From Alphaproteobacteria bacterium (GTDB taxonomy: Bacteria; Pseudomonadota; Alphaproteobacteria; Rs-D84), in NCBI GenBank assembly GCA_017935245.1, contig JAGBHZ010000001.1:8031-72030 (forward strand): a stretch of 64,000 bases of DNA, read 5' to 3'. This document shows, in pieces, positions 16,421 to 27,755 of this stretch; position 1 is the stretch's first letter, and every line of letters begins with the position of its first letter. The notes beneath the pieces are model-generated. The model searched no databases. It was not told the DNA's origin and saw nothing but the letters and a program-made list of their open reading frames with translations. Both the position numbers and the translations under genes were made by a program.

Positions 16421-18640
16421 TTAGAACCGATACGATCCAGAAATCTTGAAATTATGCAACTGCATATCATTGTTGTACTGATAACGATAATCAATACCCA
16501 ATTGAACCCCAGATGCCGACAAGAATTCAAAACCACCACCAATATTTGCCCACATTGGATCGATTTCAATGTCATATTCACTGAACACATTGGCCGCGGC
16601 AAATTTGTATTTCGCGCTATTTGGTGCCCCCAGAACATCGTATTCAATACCAATTGTGGCATATGGACGAATCTGGAACCATGCGGTTGGATAAATACGT
16701 TTCTGGGCGGTTAACGAATACCCCGGTGTTAACATAAAGTATCCATCTGATTCCAAATCCATATAGTTTTGACCAGATGCCTCTTCGGTAACATCAAAAC
16801 CAAAATTATATCCCATACGTGCATACAGATTGCCAACAACATACTGGTTCAACCAATCATGCATCAACCCCCATTCTGATGTTAATGCAAATGCCGTACC
16901 ATCCCCATCAATTGTGTTAACAAAATTCTGATGACGCGTTACATCCAAGAAATGCATATCAAAGAACGCATTACCATACAGGCGTGCCCAGCCACTGCCC
17001 AATGTTTTCATTAAATATGCCCCCAAACCAACATTGGTATCAGCCACATCCATCGACACACGACCATTAACAACCTGGCCCGGCAGATAACTTAAATCCA
17101 TCTTGTCGCTATTATCAGACGACATATGTGAAATACGTCCCGTCAACCCCAGAATTAATGTTTCTGATTCTTGCCAATCAAAACCACCGGCAACGCTGAA
17201 CCGATTTCCATAAACGCGCTTTTTATCGGCAACATTTTGACTAAACATACCGAAATCGAAATCCCCCCATGCCTTGCGCAGATTGCGGTTACGATTCCAA
17301 ATAAATTCATCAAACATGCGATCTTCGAAATCACGGAACGACGTATGATCATTTAACGCAATCGCACCGGCAATTTGTTCAATTTCGCGTGGCTGAACCA
17401 AACGACTAAACCGTGCAATCGGCGCCCCATTGGCCGTTTCCAGATAGTATTCCATACGATTATACAATTCTGTCATCATCGTTTCGATATTTGTACCATC
17501 AAATATCACTGGAATAACTTCGATTGGCGTCTTGTTAAAGAACCCCGTATCAATCAATTGCCCATCAATCAGGTTATCCAATGCCCCGGCCGCCACATAT
17601 TCGCCATCTGTATAATCTGGCTGACGCGCAACAATCGGTTGCAGACGCGTATTTTCAATCAATGCTGGCCCACCAAAACGCGGATCAAACACAACATACA
17701 AACTGTCTGCATCGCCATCTTCGTTCACATCACGAACCGAAATATATGCCCCACCATCTTCCAGTGAATCCAGATAACTGAAACATTTTGTCCCGTCGTC
17801 ATTACAGAACATTACGTTTAAATTACGAATTTTTTCCAATGGATCAAACTCAGACAATCCACCCGTTGCATTCAACAACCAAATTGCCGTCCCCTGGTCA
17901 ACTGCATCACGCAAAACAATCCCAATCTGATTATCGGCCAACGCCACCGGCCCCATATTCAGTGTGAATCCGGCATTATATTTTGTTCCCGACACAAATT
18001 GCCCGCCATTAATTTGGATAAGCGCTTCGCCATCCGCGGCATTTGTAATTTTACCCAGCGTGTTGTCATTATTCAAACTAACCGTTGACCAATAATTACG
18101 TGTTGTTGAATCCATTGACGGTGTTACATTATATGGTAAAATTGCCGCCATTAATTGACTGTTCTGGTCAAAGATATAATCACCATTTTCGACCGTCATC
18201 TGTTCCAGGCCCAAAATTTTTGTTCCGCCCGAAACATTACCACGAACCAATAAATCCAACCAATTATCACCTGGATTTGCCGCAATGGTTAAATCCGTGG
18301 CGTTAATATCACCCAAAACATCAACATCACTGCTGTTTATACGCATTGCCCCGGATGCCTGGTCAATACCTGCAACCGAAACATTTTTCGCAGATACAAC
18401 ATAGTTATCTGCGTCAATATTAACATCATAATCGGATAACACGCCCGTATAGTTCTGGTACAACATCCCAGATGTCGTCAACGCCGACCCAATATTCAGT
18501 CCCGAACCCTTTAAATTAATCGTACCACCGGCAATATCCAAACTGGCCATATTAATAACCGCATCACCCGAATCCAGGTTCAATATTGAACTGTTTTTCA
18601 CCTGGGCCATATCAATTCCATGTGCGGCCGAAATAACCAT
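16421..18640 (-). CDS. autotransporter C-terminal portion including the outer-membrane beta-barrel (3' part of a frameshifted gene)
   Basis: Alternating aromatic beta-strand pattern ending ...FKISGSYRF. Contiguous with 18598..21918 in another frame. Confidence 0.85.
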   Translation of the reverse strand: MVISAAHGIDMAQVKNSSILNLDSGDAVINMASLDIAGGTINLKGSGLNIGSALTTSGMLYQNYTGVLSDYDVNIDADNYVVSAKNVSVAGIDQASGAMRINSSDVDVLGDINATDLTIAANPGDNWLDLLVRGNVSGGTKILGLEQMTVENGDYIFDQNSQLMAAILPYNVTPSMDSTTRNYWSTVSLNNDNTLGKITNAADGEALIQINGGQFVSGTKYNAGFTLNMGPVALADNQIGIVLRDAVDQGTAIWLLNATGGLSEFDPLEKIRNLNVMFCNDDGTKCFSYLDSLEDGGAYISVRDVNEDGDADSLYVVFDPRFGGPALIENTRLQPIVARQPDYTDGEYVAAGALDNLIDGQLIDTGFFNKTPIEVIPVIFDGTNIETMMTELYNRMEYYLETANGAPIARFSRLVQPREIEQIAGAIALNDHTSFRDFEDRMFDEFIWNRNRNLRKAWGDFDFGMFSQNVADKKRVYGNRFSVAGGFDWQESETLILGLTGRISHMSSDNSDKMDLSYLPGQVVNGRVSMDVADTNVGLGAYLMKTLGSGWARLYGNAFFDMHFLDVTRHQNFVNTIDGDGTAFALTSEWGLMHDWLNQYVVGNLYARMGYNFGFDVTEEASGQNYMDLESDGYFMLTPGYSLTAQKRIYPTAWFQIRPYATIGIEYDVLGAPNSAKYKFAAANVFSEYDIEIDPMWANIGGGFEFLSASGVQLGIDYRYQYNNDMQLHNFKISGSYRF

Positions 18641-21600
18641 CGCCCCGCCCCCAGGTTTTGTACATCATCAAAAGATACCGCATCCGTACTGGTTAACTTA
18701 AATGCGCCATAATTAATAAAATTATATGCACCATTGTCCGAATTTGTGAATGTTTCCGCATTAATTGTAACCGTTGCCAGCGATGAATCTGTTCCAACAA
18801 ACATATCGCCATCAACATTAACATCACCATCAATATTATATGTTACATTTTGCGAATCAGCATTAAATCCATCAACATCCAGACCATTTGCACCAAACAC
18901 TATACCATCTGCATCGGCCGATAAATTCAGCATTCCTGTAACATTTACCCCCTGGTTCATAACACCAGCAACCGATACAACACCGCCAAAATCAACCATT
19001 TCATCGACATCAATATTTACGCGTCCCCCAATTATATCCACTCCCGCATCAACCGTCAGTGTTTCTGCCGTTAAATCCACAACACCGCCACTAACATCGA
19101 TTGATTTTGCGTATATTGCCCCAGATGCATCAATATCCAGCAAATAATCCAAATCATTTGGCAATGCACCCGTCGCCATGGCATTTTTTATCGCCCCCAA
19201 CGTAATATCCCCAGAATTCGCCACAAAACTTGCAAATCCATAATTTGTAACATCTGCGACATTTATCGTATTGGCCGACACAGACAAAACACCACCATTA
19301 GTTGCCGTACCAACGGTAACATCATCGTTAATTTGTAGACTGTTTGCAGCATTTAATTTCAGCGTTCCGTTCGCATTAACCATCCCCGACAGGGCAATAT
19401 CATCCGCCGAATTTAATGTCAAAGAATTATTTTGGCCAACACCAACCCCGGCCGACACACTAATATCCTGGGATGCAGCGGTTGTTTCCAATACAATTTC
19501 ATTCGCCCCCCCCAGTATTAATCCACGTGTCGCCGTACTGGATTCATCAAAGACGATTCCATTTTTAATTGAAATTCCCCCCGATGTTGTTGACAATTTT
19601 GTTGTGGTTGTATCTGGGTCTGATGCGCTATAAACATAAATCGCGCCACCAACATCCGCATCGTCCACCAGATCCGAATCAGACAAACTGTTCATTATCA
19701 CATTTGCCCCATATATTTTAACCGTACCACCATTTGACGTCATAACATCACCATCTACGGTTAAATTAGTCAAATCCCCCATATCTTCACCACGGAAAAC
19801 CAAACTATTCATTGCACCAATCGCATATGCATCCCCGGCAATATCAATTATACCAGATGCCAATGTAATATTACGTGCAACCGAATTACCCGCAACCATT
19901 GATGTATCGGTAGATAAAACATTACCCCCAATATTTAGCGATGTTCCCGCCTGCAGTACAAATCCTTGGGGGCCATATGCAGATATATTAACATCACCCG
20001 CATCGACGGCCGCCGTTGCCCCAACGATTAAGTCGCCTGCAATATCAACCGTATATCCATTTAATGGCGCAGGCCCCGATACGCTTAAACTATATGTGCT
20101 GGGGCCAATATTTAAACTGCCCCCGGAAACGACCAACGTTCCCGTACCAAATGTATCTGTGCCTTCCTGGATTTGCGTAATATCAACACCCTGCATCCCA
20201 TCCAGATAGACATTTCCACCATTAACCGCCAATCCACCCATATGAACCGGGCCACCATTAACATCCGAACCATCTATTTTTAGTTCGCCCGATGTATTTT
20301 CAACATTACCCGCGATTAGAATCTGACGTCCTGTGATATTTGTTGTGCCAACTTCATTGGTTACATCACCCGAAACCGTAACAATACCATCGGTTGCATT
20401 TGATGCGGCAACATTTAAATCCCCACCCAATCCAACGATATTACCAACTGTAATCTTGGTTGCGGATAAATCCATCTCGCCATGTGCCGTTACCGTTTCA
20501 TTAACCGTGATTGAACCACTGGCCACCAAGTCAGTATCTGTATTTGCGCCATTTTCTGCACTATCAATCACAGAATTAACAACCAAATCACCATCATTTT
20601 GATATACCGTACTGGTTCCCACTGTATTCATTGTACCCTGGGCATTTAACACCATGGTTGCATTATTTACCACATCACCAACCGTTAAATCCAGACCCGC
20701 CAAATACATATTTGCATTTGCATTTTGCATACCATTAGAAATATTACCGGTTACGAATTTAGATTTATTAACAACGACATCAAAATCATTTAATTCATTT
20801 GCGAACAAATCAACCGTATTACCATTTCCCAGATTCAAACTGCCCGTTGTTAGCGAGAAAAGGTTATCCCACGCCCCTTCTTCCATATTTACATCAAATC
20901 CATACGCCAGGGTTGTTTCCCCCGCCACATCAATTATCAAATCACCATTATTAACAAAAGACGGATTTGTTGTTTCGTCCCCCCCTGAAACCGTCAGATT
21001 TTCAACATTTTTTATATTCATTGTACCGGTATTTACCATTGTGCCGGCAACACTAATCGATGTATTTGCCGCATCAATTGTCATTTGGGTACCATTATTT
21101 TCGATATTACCAGAACTGCTAAGTGCGACATCACCACCACTATTCCCAGTAACCGTAATATTCATTGCGCCGCCACTATTTTGAATTGAACCGGCCTGAA
21201 TTCCATCTGCCTTTATATTAATATCGACCGCATCCTGACTTTCATTAACCAACTGAGCAATTTTCATTGAATTTGTTGCCGCCAACGTCGCCCCGCCCGC
21301 TTCAACCGTAACGGCACCAACATCAATCGAATTTGCATTAATATTCAGTGTACCATTTGTCTCTATCGCACCCGACACAAAGTTATTTACACCCGTAACA
21401 TTAAAGGTTCCATTATTTACAACCGCGGGTTCAATCACCCCATTTTCATCTGCTGTAATATTTGAGCCAATATTTACATCAAACGTGGCCGCATCAGAAA
21501 AATTAGATATATTAAATGTACGATTTCCCGACGCCTGTGCATTGCCATCAATCGTTAATTGTCCGCCAATTTCAATATCACCATCGGTCTGAACCGAAAA

Positions 21601-21918
21601 CGTATTTGCGACATTATCGCCCACAAACAGCACACCACCCGTTTGTGATTCCGTTGGCACACTAAACACGCGCATATCATCGGCCACATTTAATGCATTC
21701 CCCGTCGCCTTCAGTATCAGGGCATTAACCCCCGCATTTTGAACCGCGACAATTTCATCGGCAGCAACCACAACCTGGTTATCAGCCGTTACCGCCGCTG
21801 TATTAGATGTAACCCCCGGCAAAGACGTGATATCCGTTACAGGAATATTTGTCGCCGCCGCAGCCATTGCCCCAGCCGGCGCAATACCGCACAAAAAACT
21901 AAGTAATTTCTTGAACAT
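18598..21918 (-). CDS. autotransporter passenger (signal peptide plus roughly 1080 aa of G/N/T/V-rich beta-helix-type repeats; 5' part of a frameshifted gene)
   Basis: MFKKLLSFLCGIAPAGAMA signal peptide, followed by long degenerate repeats (GxxxIxxNGT, VxAGG). The ORF ends 43 nt inside the next ORF. Confidence 0.85.
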   Translation of the reverse strand: MFKKLLSFLCGIAPAGAMAAAATNIPVTDITSLPGVTSNTAAVTADNQVVVAADEIVAVQNAGVNALILKATGNALNVADDMRVFSVPTESQTGGVLFVGDNVANTFSVQTDGDIEIGGQLTIDGNAQASGNRTFNISNFSDAATFDVNIGSNITADENGVIEPAVVNNGTFNVTGVNNFVSGAIETNGTLNINANSIDVGAVTVEAGGATLAATNSMKIAQLVNESQDAVDINIKADGIQAGSIQNSGGAMNITVTGNSGGDVALSSSGNIENNGTQMTIDAANTSISVAGTMVNTGTMNIKNVENLTVSGGDETTNPSFVNNGDLIIDVAGETTLAYGFDVNMEEGAWDNLFSLTTGSLNLGNGNTVDLFANELNDFDVVVNKSKFVTGNISNGMQNANANMYLAGLDLTVGDVVNNATMVLNAQGTMNTVGTSTVYQNDGDLVVNSVIDSAENGANTDTDLVASGSITVNETVTAHGEMDLSATKITVGNIVGLGGDLNVAASNATDGIVTVSGDVTNEVGTTNITGRQILIAGNVENTSGELKIDGSDVNGGPVHMGGLAVNGGNVYLDGMQGVDITQIQEGTDTFGTGTLVVSGGSLNIGPSTYSLSVSGPAPLNGYTVDIAGDLIVGATAAVDAGDVNISAYGPQGFVLQAGTSLNIGGNVLSTDTSMVAGNSVARNITLASGIIDIAGDAYAIGAMNSLVFRGEDMGDLTNLTVDGDVMTSNGGTVKIYGANVIMNSLSDSDLVDDADVGGAIYVYSASDPDTTTTKLSTTSGGISIKNGIVFDESSTATRGLILGGANEIVLETTAASQDISVSAGVGVGQNNSLTLNSADDIALSGMVNANGTLKLNAANSLQINDDVTVGTATNGGVLSVSANTINVADVTNYGFASFVANSGDITLGAIKNAMATGALPNDLDYLLDIDASGAIYAKSIDVSGGVVDLTAETLTVDAGVDIIGGRVNIDVDEMVDFGGVVSVAGVMNQGVNVTGMLNLSADADGIVFGANGLDVDGFNADSQNVTYNIDGDVNVDGDMFVGTDSSLATVTINAETFTNSDNGAYNFINYGAFKLTSTDAVSFDDVQNLGAGRWLFRPHMELIWPR

Positions 21919-21993
21919 ATTATTTTTCTATTTCTTTTTCCCTAAAATTTACAAATATATTATTGCACAAAAAGCAAATCTAAGGCAACATAA

Positions 21994-23283
<1,290 letters not shown>

Positions 23284-23301
23284 TTGCGATGAAAAATGTA
23301 T

Positions 23302-23334
23302 GGGGGGACACGCAATCGCGTTCCCCCAATTTTA
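23302..23334 (+). terminator. eno terminator
   Basis: GGGGGA(C)ACGC-AATC-GCGTTCCCCC. Confidence 0.6.
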
Positions 23335-23342
23335 ATTAGAAA

Positions 23343-23549
23343 ATGATAAGCACGGCGACGATTATTTTAACCATAAAATACATATTGGCAATATCCATAT
23401 TTATTGGAATTATATGCGCGCCTGCTTGGATTGCCCGCCAAACAGACAAGAATAAACAAAACATGTATCTGGTACGCCTGGGGTCATGGTTATTCGGCTG
23501 GTCAATTGTGGGCTGGTTTTATGCATTGATAATCGGCACCCGGAAATAA
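23343..23549 (+). CDS. small membrane protein, superinfection-immunity (Imm) family-like
   Basis: 68 aa with two TM helices. APAWIARQ...LFGWSIVGWFYALIIG resembles the Imm_superinfect motif. Confidence 0.5.
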   Translation: MISTATIILTIKYILAISIFIGIICAPAWIARQTDKNKQNMYLVRLGSWLFGWSIVGWFYALIIGTRK

Positions 23550-23551
23550 AA

Positions 23552-24997
23552 TCACTGTTCCAGATGATAGATTTGCCCGTTGTAATTGATGTTAATTGTA
23601 TTTTTCGATTGCCCGGGACTTAACGGCACATAGCACACAGTATTATTATACGATATATTTAACGATGGCGATGTAACGCGTTCTGCAAATAGTGTAAAAG
23701 AATTACCGACACTGGTGTGCATATGACTTATCCCAGAATTGCAAACAGCATAACAGGCGTTGTTTATCAGCTCGTATCCACTGGCACATTGTGTTGCGCC
23801 ACCACATTGATTTGGCCAATATAAAAATTCCCCATTGCACGTGGCATAGCATTTTTCAGCCACATCCGCCCCGGCATCTGACATTGTATATTCATCCCCC
23901 AGTGTTGCGCATGAAATATTACCGCCAAAGATACTGTCGGTTGCCATATCATATCGCACGTCAATTCCACCCGGACAATAATCACCCGGGACACATTCGG
24001 ATTCATAGACCTCATATGTGTCCATGTTGGTTTGAATATAATATCCCGGATTGCTTATTGCATAGCAATCGGTTATTTGCGAACGTGTACCGTCGGAATG
24101 GGTAAACAGTGGGCTGCCAAAACCATCGGCACAGGTCATACATTGAACACTACCATCGCCATACAAATCCCCACAAATTGTGCCGTCGGGGATATTGGAT
24201 TCTATGGTGTCCGATGGTACACATACCCCATCTTTGGCGTCGGTAACAGAACTAAACACTATCCCTGTCCCATAGATCATTACATTTATAAGACTGCCAG
24301 CAGGATCGGAAAGCGCATACCCGTCATTGCATTGGCCGCCTGCAACAATCTTTGAAACCGTCCCGTTTTCATCAAAAACACTTAATACTACAACTATGCC
24401 TGTATCATTTGCAAAAGCGCGTTGAATCCCCGACATTTTGCATTTTTCGACACTGCCGCCGCCGGTGCCACCAACTGGTTCACATTCCGCTTCGCCGTAT
24501 GAAATATCACAGCTGTCTGCATATACAGTATCATCGGGCGGACATGCGTTACATCCGGTCGCACCAATTTCTGCATTGACATATGTGCCGTCGGGGCATG
24601 ATTCAATACCATTTTGAAATCCCACAGATCCACAGTTTAATCCATTGTTCTGTGTAAAACGAAATCCTGGACAATATTCGTTTGTTCCAGGATTAACCTG
24701 GCCACATTGATATGCTAATAGGTGACGATCTGAATCACATAAAACATAGTATCCGGGTGTTACCAGGTATTCACAATTTTCTTCACTTGTTAGGCCTGTT
24801 GTATCAGCGTGTTTAATTGCTTCGGCAAAATATGGACGGCATTCGTTCTTGTTATTGTCGCCGGGGCAATAATATCCGGCGGGACAGATTTCACATTCGC
24901 CCACTTCGTTCAAATAATATCCCGCATCACATGTATTTTCGGCACGGGCCGGCGCAATGACAATAACAATAAACAGTAATGCCAATAAAAATCGCAT
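23552..24997 (-). CDS. large secreted Cys-rich repeat protein (CxxGYY / furin- or ephrin-receptor-like Cys repeats)
   Basis: Trimmed to MRFLLALLFIVIVIAPARA. Contains CDAGYYLNEVGECEICPAGYYCPG, CPDGTYV...CNACP and CVPGDYCPGG. Confidence 0.65.
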   Translation of the reverse strand: MRFLLALLFIVIVIAPARAENTCDAGYYLNEVGECEICPAGYYCPGDNNKNECRPYFAEAIKHADTTGLTSEENCEYLVTPGYYVLCDSDRHLLAYQCGQVNPGTNEYCPGFRFTQNNGLNCGSVGFQNGIESCPDGTYVNAEIGATGCNACPPDDTVYADSCDISYGEAECEPVGGTGGGSVEKCKMSGIQRAFANDTGIVVVLSVFDENGTVSKIVAGGQCNDGYALSDPAGSLINVMIYGTGIVFSSVTDAKDGVCVPSDTIESNIPDGTICGDLYGDGSVQCMTCADGFGSPLFTHSDGTRSQITDCYAISNPGYYIQTNMDTYEVYESECVPGDYCPGGIDVRYDMATDSIFGGNISCATLGDEYTMSDAGADVAEKCYATCNGEFLYWPNQCGGATQCASGYELINNACYAVCNSGISHMHTSVGNSFTLFAERVTSPSLNISYNNTVCYVPLSPGQSKNTININYNGQIYHLEQ

Positions 24998-25320
24998 TTC
25001 CCAAAATTTCCCCAATGCATAAAACAACCGCCACGGGAACATGGCGGTCGGGGTGTTAGAAAAATCATTCGAAAGCATGACCCCGCCGGCTTTTGGGCGC
25101 AAAGCGCCCTGTTGTATGGCCGACGGCACCCCGACGTACGAAAGTGGTATGTGCGACCATCGCACGAATACATCGGGTTTCATACACAAAAAATGACGCT
25201 TTGCGCGCCGCATTTTGTGTGCGGATTCAGTACACGTTTTCTTGTACTGCTTTCGAATAAGGCTTTTCTACGGCCCCGAACCCACATCCCTGTGGACTCA
25301 ATACAAATTATAAAACAATC
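24998..25320 (-). promoter_or_regulatory. long GC-rich structured 5' leader of 23552..24997 (leader Y)
   Basis: Homologous blocks are shared with leader X. The hairpin CCGCCA-N8-TGGCGG plus TTGTTTT at 25021-25047 sits just upstream of the ATG. Confidence 0.45.
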
Positions 25321-25371
25321 TCAACAAAAACACAAGTAACTTAAATAAATAAAAGTTTATTTACAAATTAC

Positions 25372-25405
25372 TCATTAAATAAATCCCGGCAATGCCGGGA
25401 TATAT
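25372..25405 (-). terminator. carD terminator
   Basis: ATCCCGGC-AAT-GCCGGGAT. Confidence 0.7.
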
Positions 25406-25966
25406 TTAACTGTCATCTTCGTCAATATCGTCTTCATCAACCTCAACCGCGTTCAGGTCAATTTCCTTTGGCACACCCAAAATATCTTCGATTTTATCGG
25501 ACGCCGCATCTAAATCCATTTTATGCAAAACAGCAAATTCTTGGGCCATGCGTTCCAATGCCCGCAAATACAATTGACGCGCCGAAAATGTCATTGTATC
25601 CGCCGCACTGCGACGTTGCAGGTCGCGTACAACCTCGGCCAGTTTCATGGGATCACCCGAATTAATATTTTCTTCGTATTGCGCCGCACGACGCGCCCAA
25701 ATCATACGTTTGGCCCCGGCCTTACCCTTGGCCGATGCGATTGCTTCGTCTAATTTTTTTGCCGTCGACAATGGTCGCAGTCCGGAAATTTCCGCCCGTT
25801 CCAATGGCACACGCAATGTCATATGGTTACGTTCAAAATCAATAACCATCATTTTAATCTTCTGACCGGCAACGGTCTGTTCTTCAATACGCAACAATTT
25901 ACCAACACCCTGGGTTGGATAAACAACGTATTGTCCGGTTTTAAAATCTAATTTTTTACTTGGCAT
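25406..25966 (-). CDS. carD: CarD/CdnL family transcriptional regulator
   Basis: FKTGQYVVYPTQGVGKLLRIEEQTVAG...MTLRVP is an N-terminal CarD_TRCF domain. The C-terminal tail is acidic. Confidence 0.9.
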   Translation of the reverse strand: MPSKKLDFKTGQYVVYPTQGVGKLLRIEEQTVAGQKIKMMVIDFERNHMTLRVPLERAEISGLRPLSTAKKLDEAIASAKGKAGAKRMIWARRAAQYEENINSGDPMKLAEVVRDLQRRSAADTMTFSARQLYLRALERMAQEFAVLHKMDLDAASDKIEDILGVPKEIDLNAVEVDEDDIDEDDS

Positions 25967-26054
25967 ATGTCTATCTCTTTCACGTTGCCATTCTCTCTGT
26001 CCCGCACATTATACCATAAAAAACCCAAAAAACAAACAAATGAAAGCAAAAAAA

Positions 26055-26090
26055 TAAAAAAAAGCCCCCAATCGGGGCACTTTTTTTTTC
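26055..26090. terminator. terminator of 26093..26635
   Basis: GCCCC-CAATC-GGGGC flanked by A8 and T9 runs. Confidence 0.7.
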
Positions 26091-26092
26091 AG

Positions 26093-26635
26093 TTATCTCA
26101 AAATTCTGCGCGGTGCACTGGTTCGGCGTATTGCCTCTTCACGAACCTGCTCTACCGTTTCTTTCTTGGACAGACATTCCCAAACACCATCCGCATTTAA
26201 AAACGCTTCTTGACCCTGGGGGCATTCATGCTTCTGGATACGCCACGTAAAGCATCCAGACTTTTTATATGATTCATAAGCGCTTTCCACACCGCCACGC
26301 AGGTATCTACCGGCGGACGCATCCCATTGCCCTTCTGGTTGGCCGGCACACCACTTACGCGCGCCCCAACACATTATCGTTGTGCCGTCGGCCGCTTCTA
26401 ATTCCATCGCCGATGACGTAACCTTGTACCCACTGTTTGCAGTATCACCACGCCCCATGGAATCACCCGTTTCCAGGTCCACACACCACAGTTTTTGACA
26501 TTCCGCGGCATCAATTCCATCAATTTTTTTATGTTCCGCCAAGACATATCCCGGCCCACACTTAAATTCTGCCGACGCGGACGCAAACGCATCCACCGCA
26601 CATAACACAGACAAAATAAAAATAATCTTTTTCAT
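26093..26635 (-). CDS. secreted Cys-containing protein
   Basis: MKKIIFILSVLCAVDAFA signal peptide. Has 10 Cys, including FKCGPGYV. Confidence 0.6.
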   Translation of the reverse strand: MKKIIFILSVLCAVDAFASASAEFKCGPGYVLAEHKKIDGIDAAECQKLWCVDLETGDSMGRGDTANSGYKVTSSAMELEAADGTTIMCWGARKWCAGQPEGQWDASAGRYLRGGVESAYESYKKSGCFTWRIQKHECPQGQEAFLNADGVWECLSKKETVEQVREEAIRRTSAPRRILR

Positions 26636-26680
26636 ACTTCCTATTCTACACTTTTTTACAAATATTTACAAATACTATTT

Positions 26681-27109
26681 TTATTGCCCCAGTCCCGCCG
26701 GGCTGAAACGTCCAATATTATTAAACAGCTCTTCAATTGCGTTCAATTCAATTGCCGCCGGAATTTCTGTTTCACCATCCGCGATGACAATATCTGGCAA
26801 ATCCGAATCGTGCAGCACCACCGTTTTTACAACACGTTTTCCATTGACCCACGCCAATAAAACGGTTTCATCTGTGTACGTTGGCGCCAATGGCCCGCGA
26901 TAGTTTTCATCAGAACCATAATAAATCCAAACTTCGTCCCCATAAATTGTTTTAACCTGGGGGGCACCAATTTCTTCTTGTAATTGTGCGGTGGTTTTTA
27001 TATCAGCCGCCACCGTTTCCAGGTTTTCTGGGAACACATAACCACGATGCTTGGTCTGGAACGTACATGCCGCCAACCCAAGTGCAAAAAATAAAACAAT
27101 TTTCTTCAT
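26681..27109 (-). CDS. bamE: outer membrane protein assembly factor BamE (SmpA/OmlA)
   Basis: Trimmed to MKKIVLFFALGLAAC (lipobox). HRGYVFPENL...EEIGAP...WIYYGS is a BamE-like core. Confidence 0.75.
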   Translation of the reverse strand: MKKIVLFFALGLAACTFQTKHRGYVFPENLETVAADIKTTAQLQEEIGAPQVKTIYGDEVWIYYGSDENYRGPLAPTYTDETVLLAWVNGKRVVKTVVLHDSDLPDIVIADGETEIPAAIELNAIEELFNNIGRFSPAGLGQ

Positions 27110-27233
27110 ACCCCATAATCTACAATAAAACACCCAACAAACGCAACGAAAAAAGCAAACACCACATTGACAACTCAACCGATGTCCCTTATAGTCATTG
27201 TCCCTTAAACATTAAACCCCAAGGATTTTTATA

Positions 27234-27755
27234 ATGGCACAGTTCAACAAGCGTACAGAAATGGCATATAAATATATGATTGAATTACAGGTTGGCCGCA
27301 TTGATGAATTTCAAACCGACGACGGCAAAAACGTTAAAGTGGTCAAAGCAATGGGACAACCATGCGTTGTCATCCAAGATTTCAAGGAATTAACCAAGGC
27401 GGTCCCAGAAAACATTGAATTTTTTGAAATCGCATCAATTAAAGATTACGCAAAATTTATTAAAACTGGCTCAACAAACACATCCCGCCCTATTTATTGG
27501 CTGGGCAACATGGACAAAGGCGTATTTGTTCTAAGACCCAAGGATTTTTATATCAATCCATTGGATGCATTTACAAAATTATATTCAGATGTGCGCAAAC
27601 GCGAACAATTCGTAACCGAATCATATACACGCGATGTAACCGCGCGCAATGATTTAATCAAAACATCCCTGTATCTCAAAGGGATTGCAAATTATGACGA
27701 CGCCAATGCCCAGTTCAAAAAAATATTGGCACAGCAAAATCAAAAATTAAAATAA
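27234..27755 (+). CDS. hypothetical protein (cytoplasmic)
   Basis: 173-aa ORF bounded by a terminator at 27754-27780. No family recognised. Confidence 0.5.
   Translation: MAQFNKRTEMAYKYMIELQVGRIDEFQTDDGKNVKVVKAMGQPCVVIQDFKELTKAVPENIEFFEIASIKDYAKFIKTGSTNTSRPIYWLGNMDKGVFVLRPKDFYINPLDAFTKLYSDVRKREQFVTESYTRDVTARNDLIKTSLYLKGIANYDDANAQFKKILAQQNQKLK

Noticed and set aside
18641-18652. Programmed phase variation at the G5-C-G4 tract
   Set aside because: Runs of 4 to 5 G are shorter than typical contingency-locus tracts of 7 or more. A sequencing error or a simple pseudogene is at least as likely. It is reported as an open question rather than a call.
18734-21184. Plus-strand ORFs 18734..19147, 19271..19633, 20333..20602 and 20654..21184 (S/T/P/I-rich products)
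   Set aside because: They lie antisense to the repetitive autotransporter passenger. Long open antisense frames are expected from its biased codon content. They lack SDs, signal sequences and recognisable motifs.
24998-25320. tmRNA, RNase P RNA, SRP RNA or 6S RNA in the GC-rich region upstream of 23552..24997
   Set aside because: I found no GGTTCGA-type T-loop with a CCA end and no Ala-rich tag frame, so it is not a tmRNA. There is no GAGGAAAGTCCGG/ACAGAACCCGGCTTA, which rules out RNase P, and no GGAAGCAGCCA-type SRP motif. The region is instead homologous to another gene's 5' leader. 6S RNA cannot be excluded by eye.
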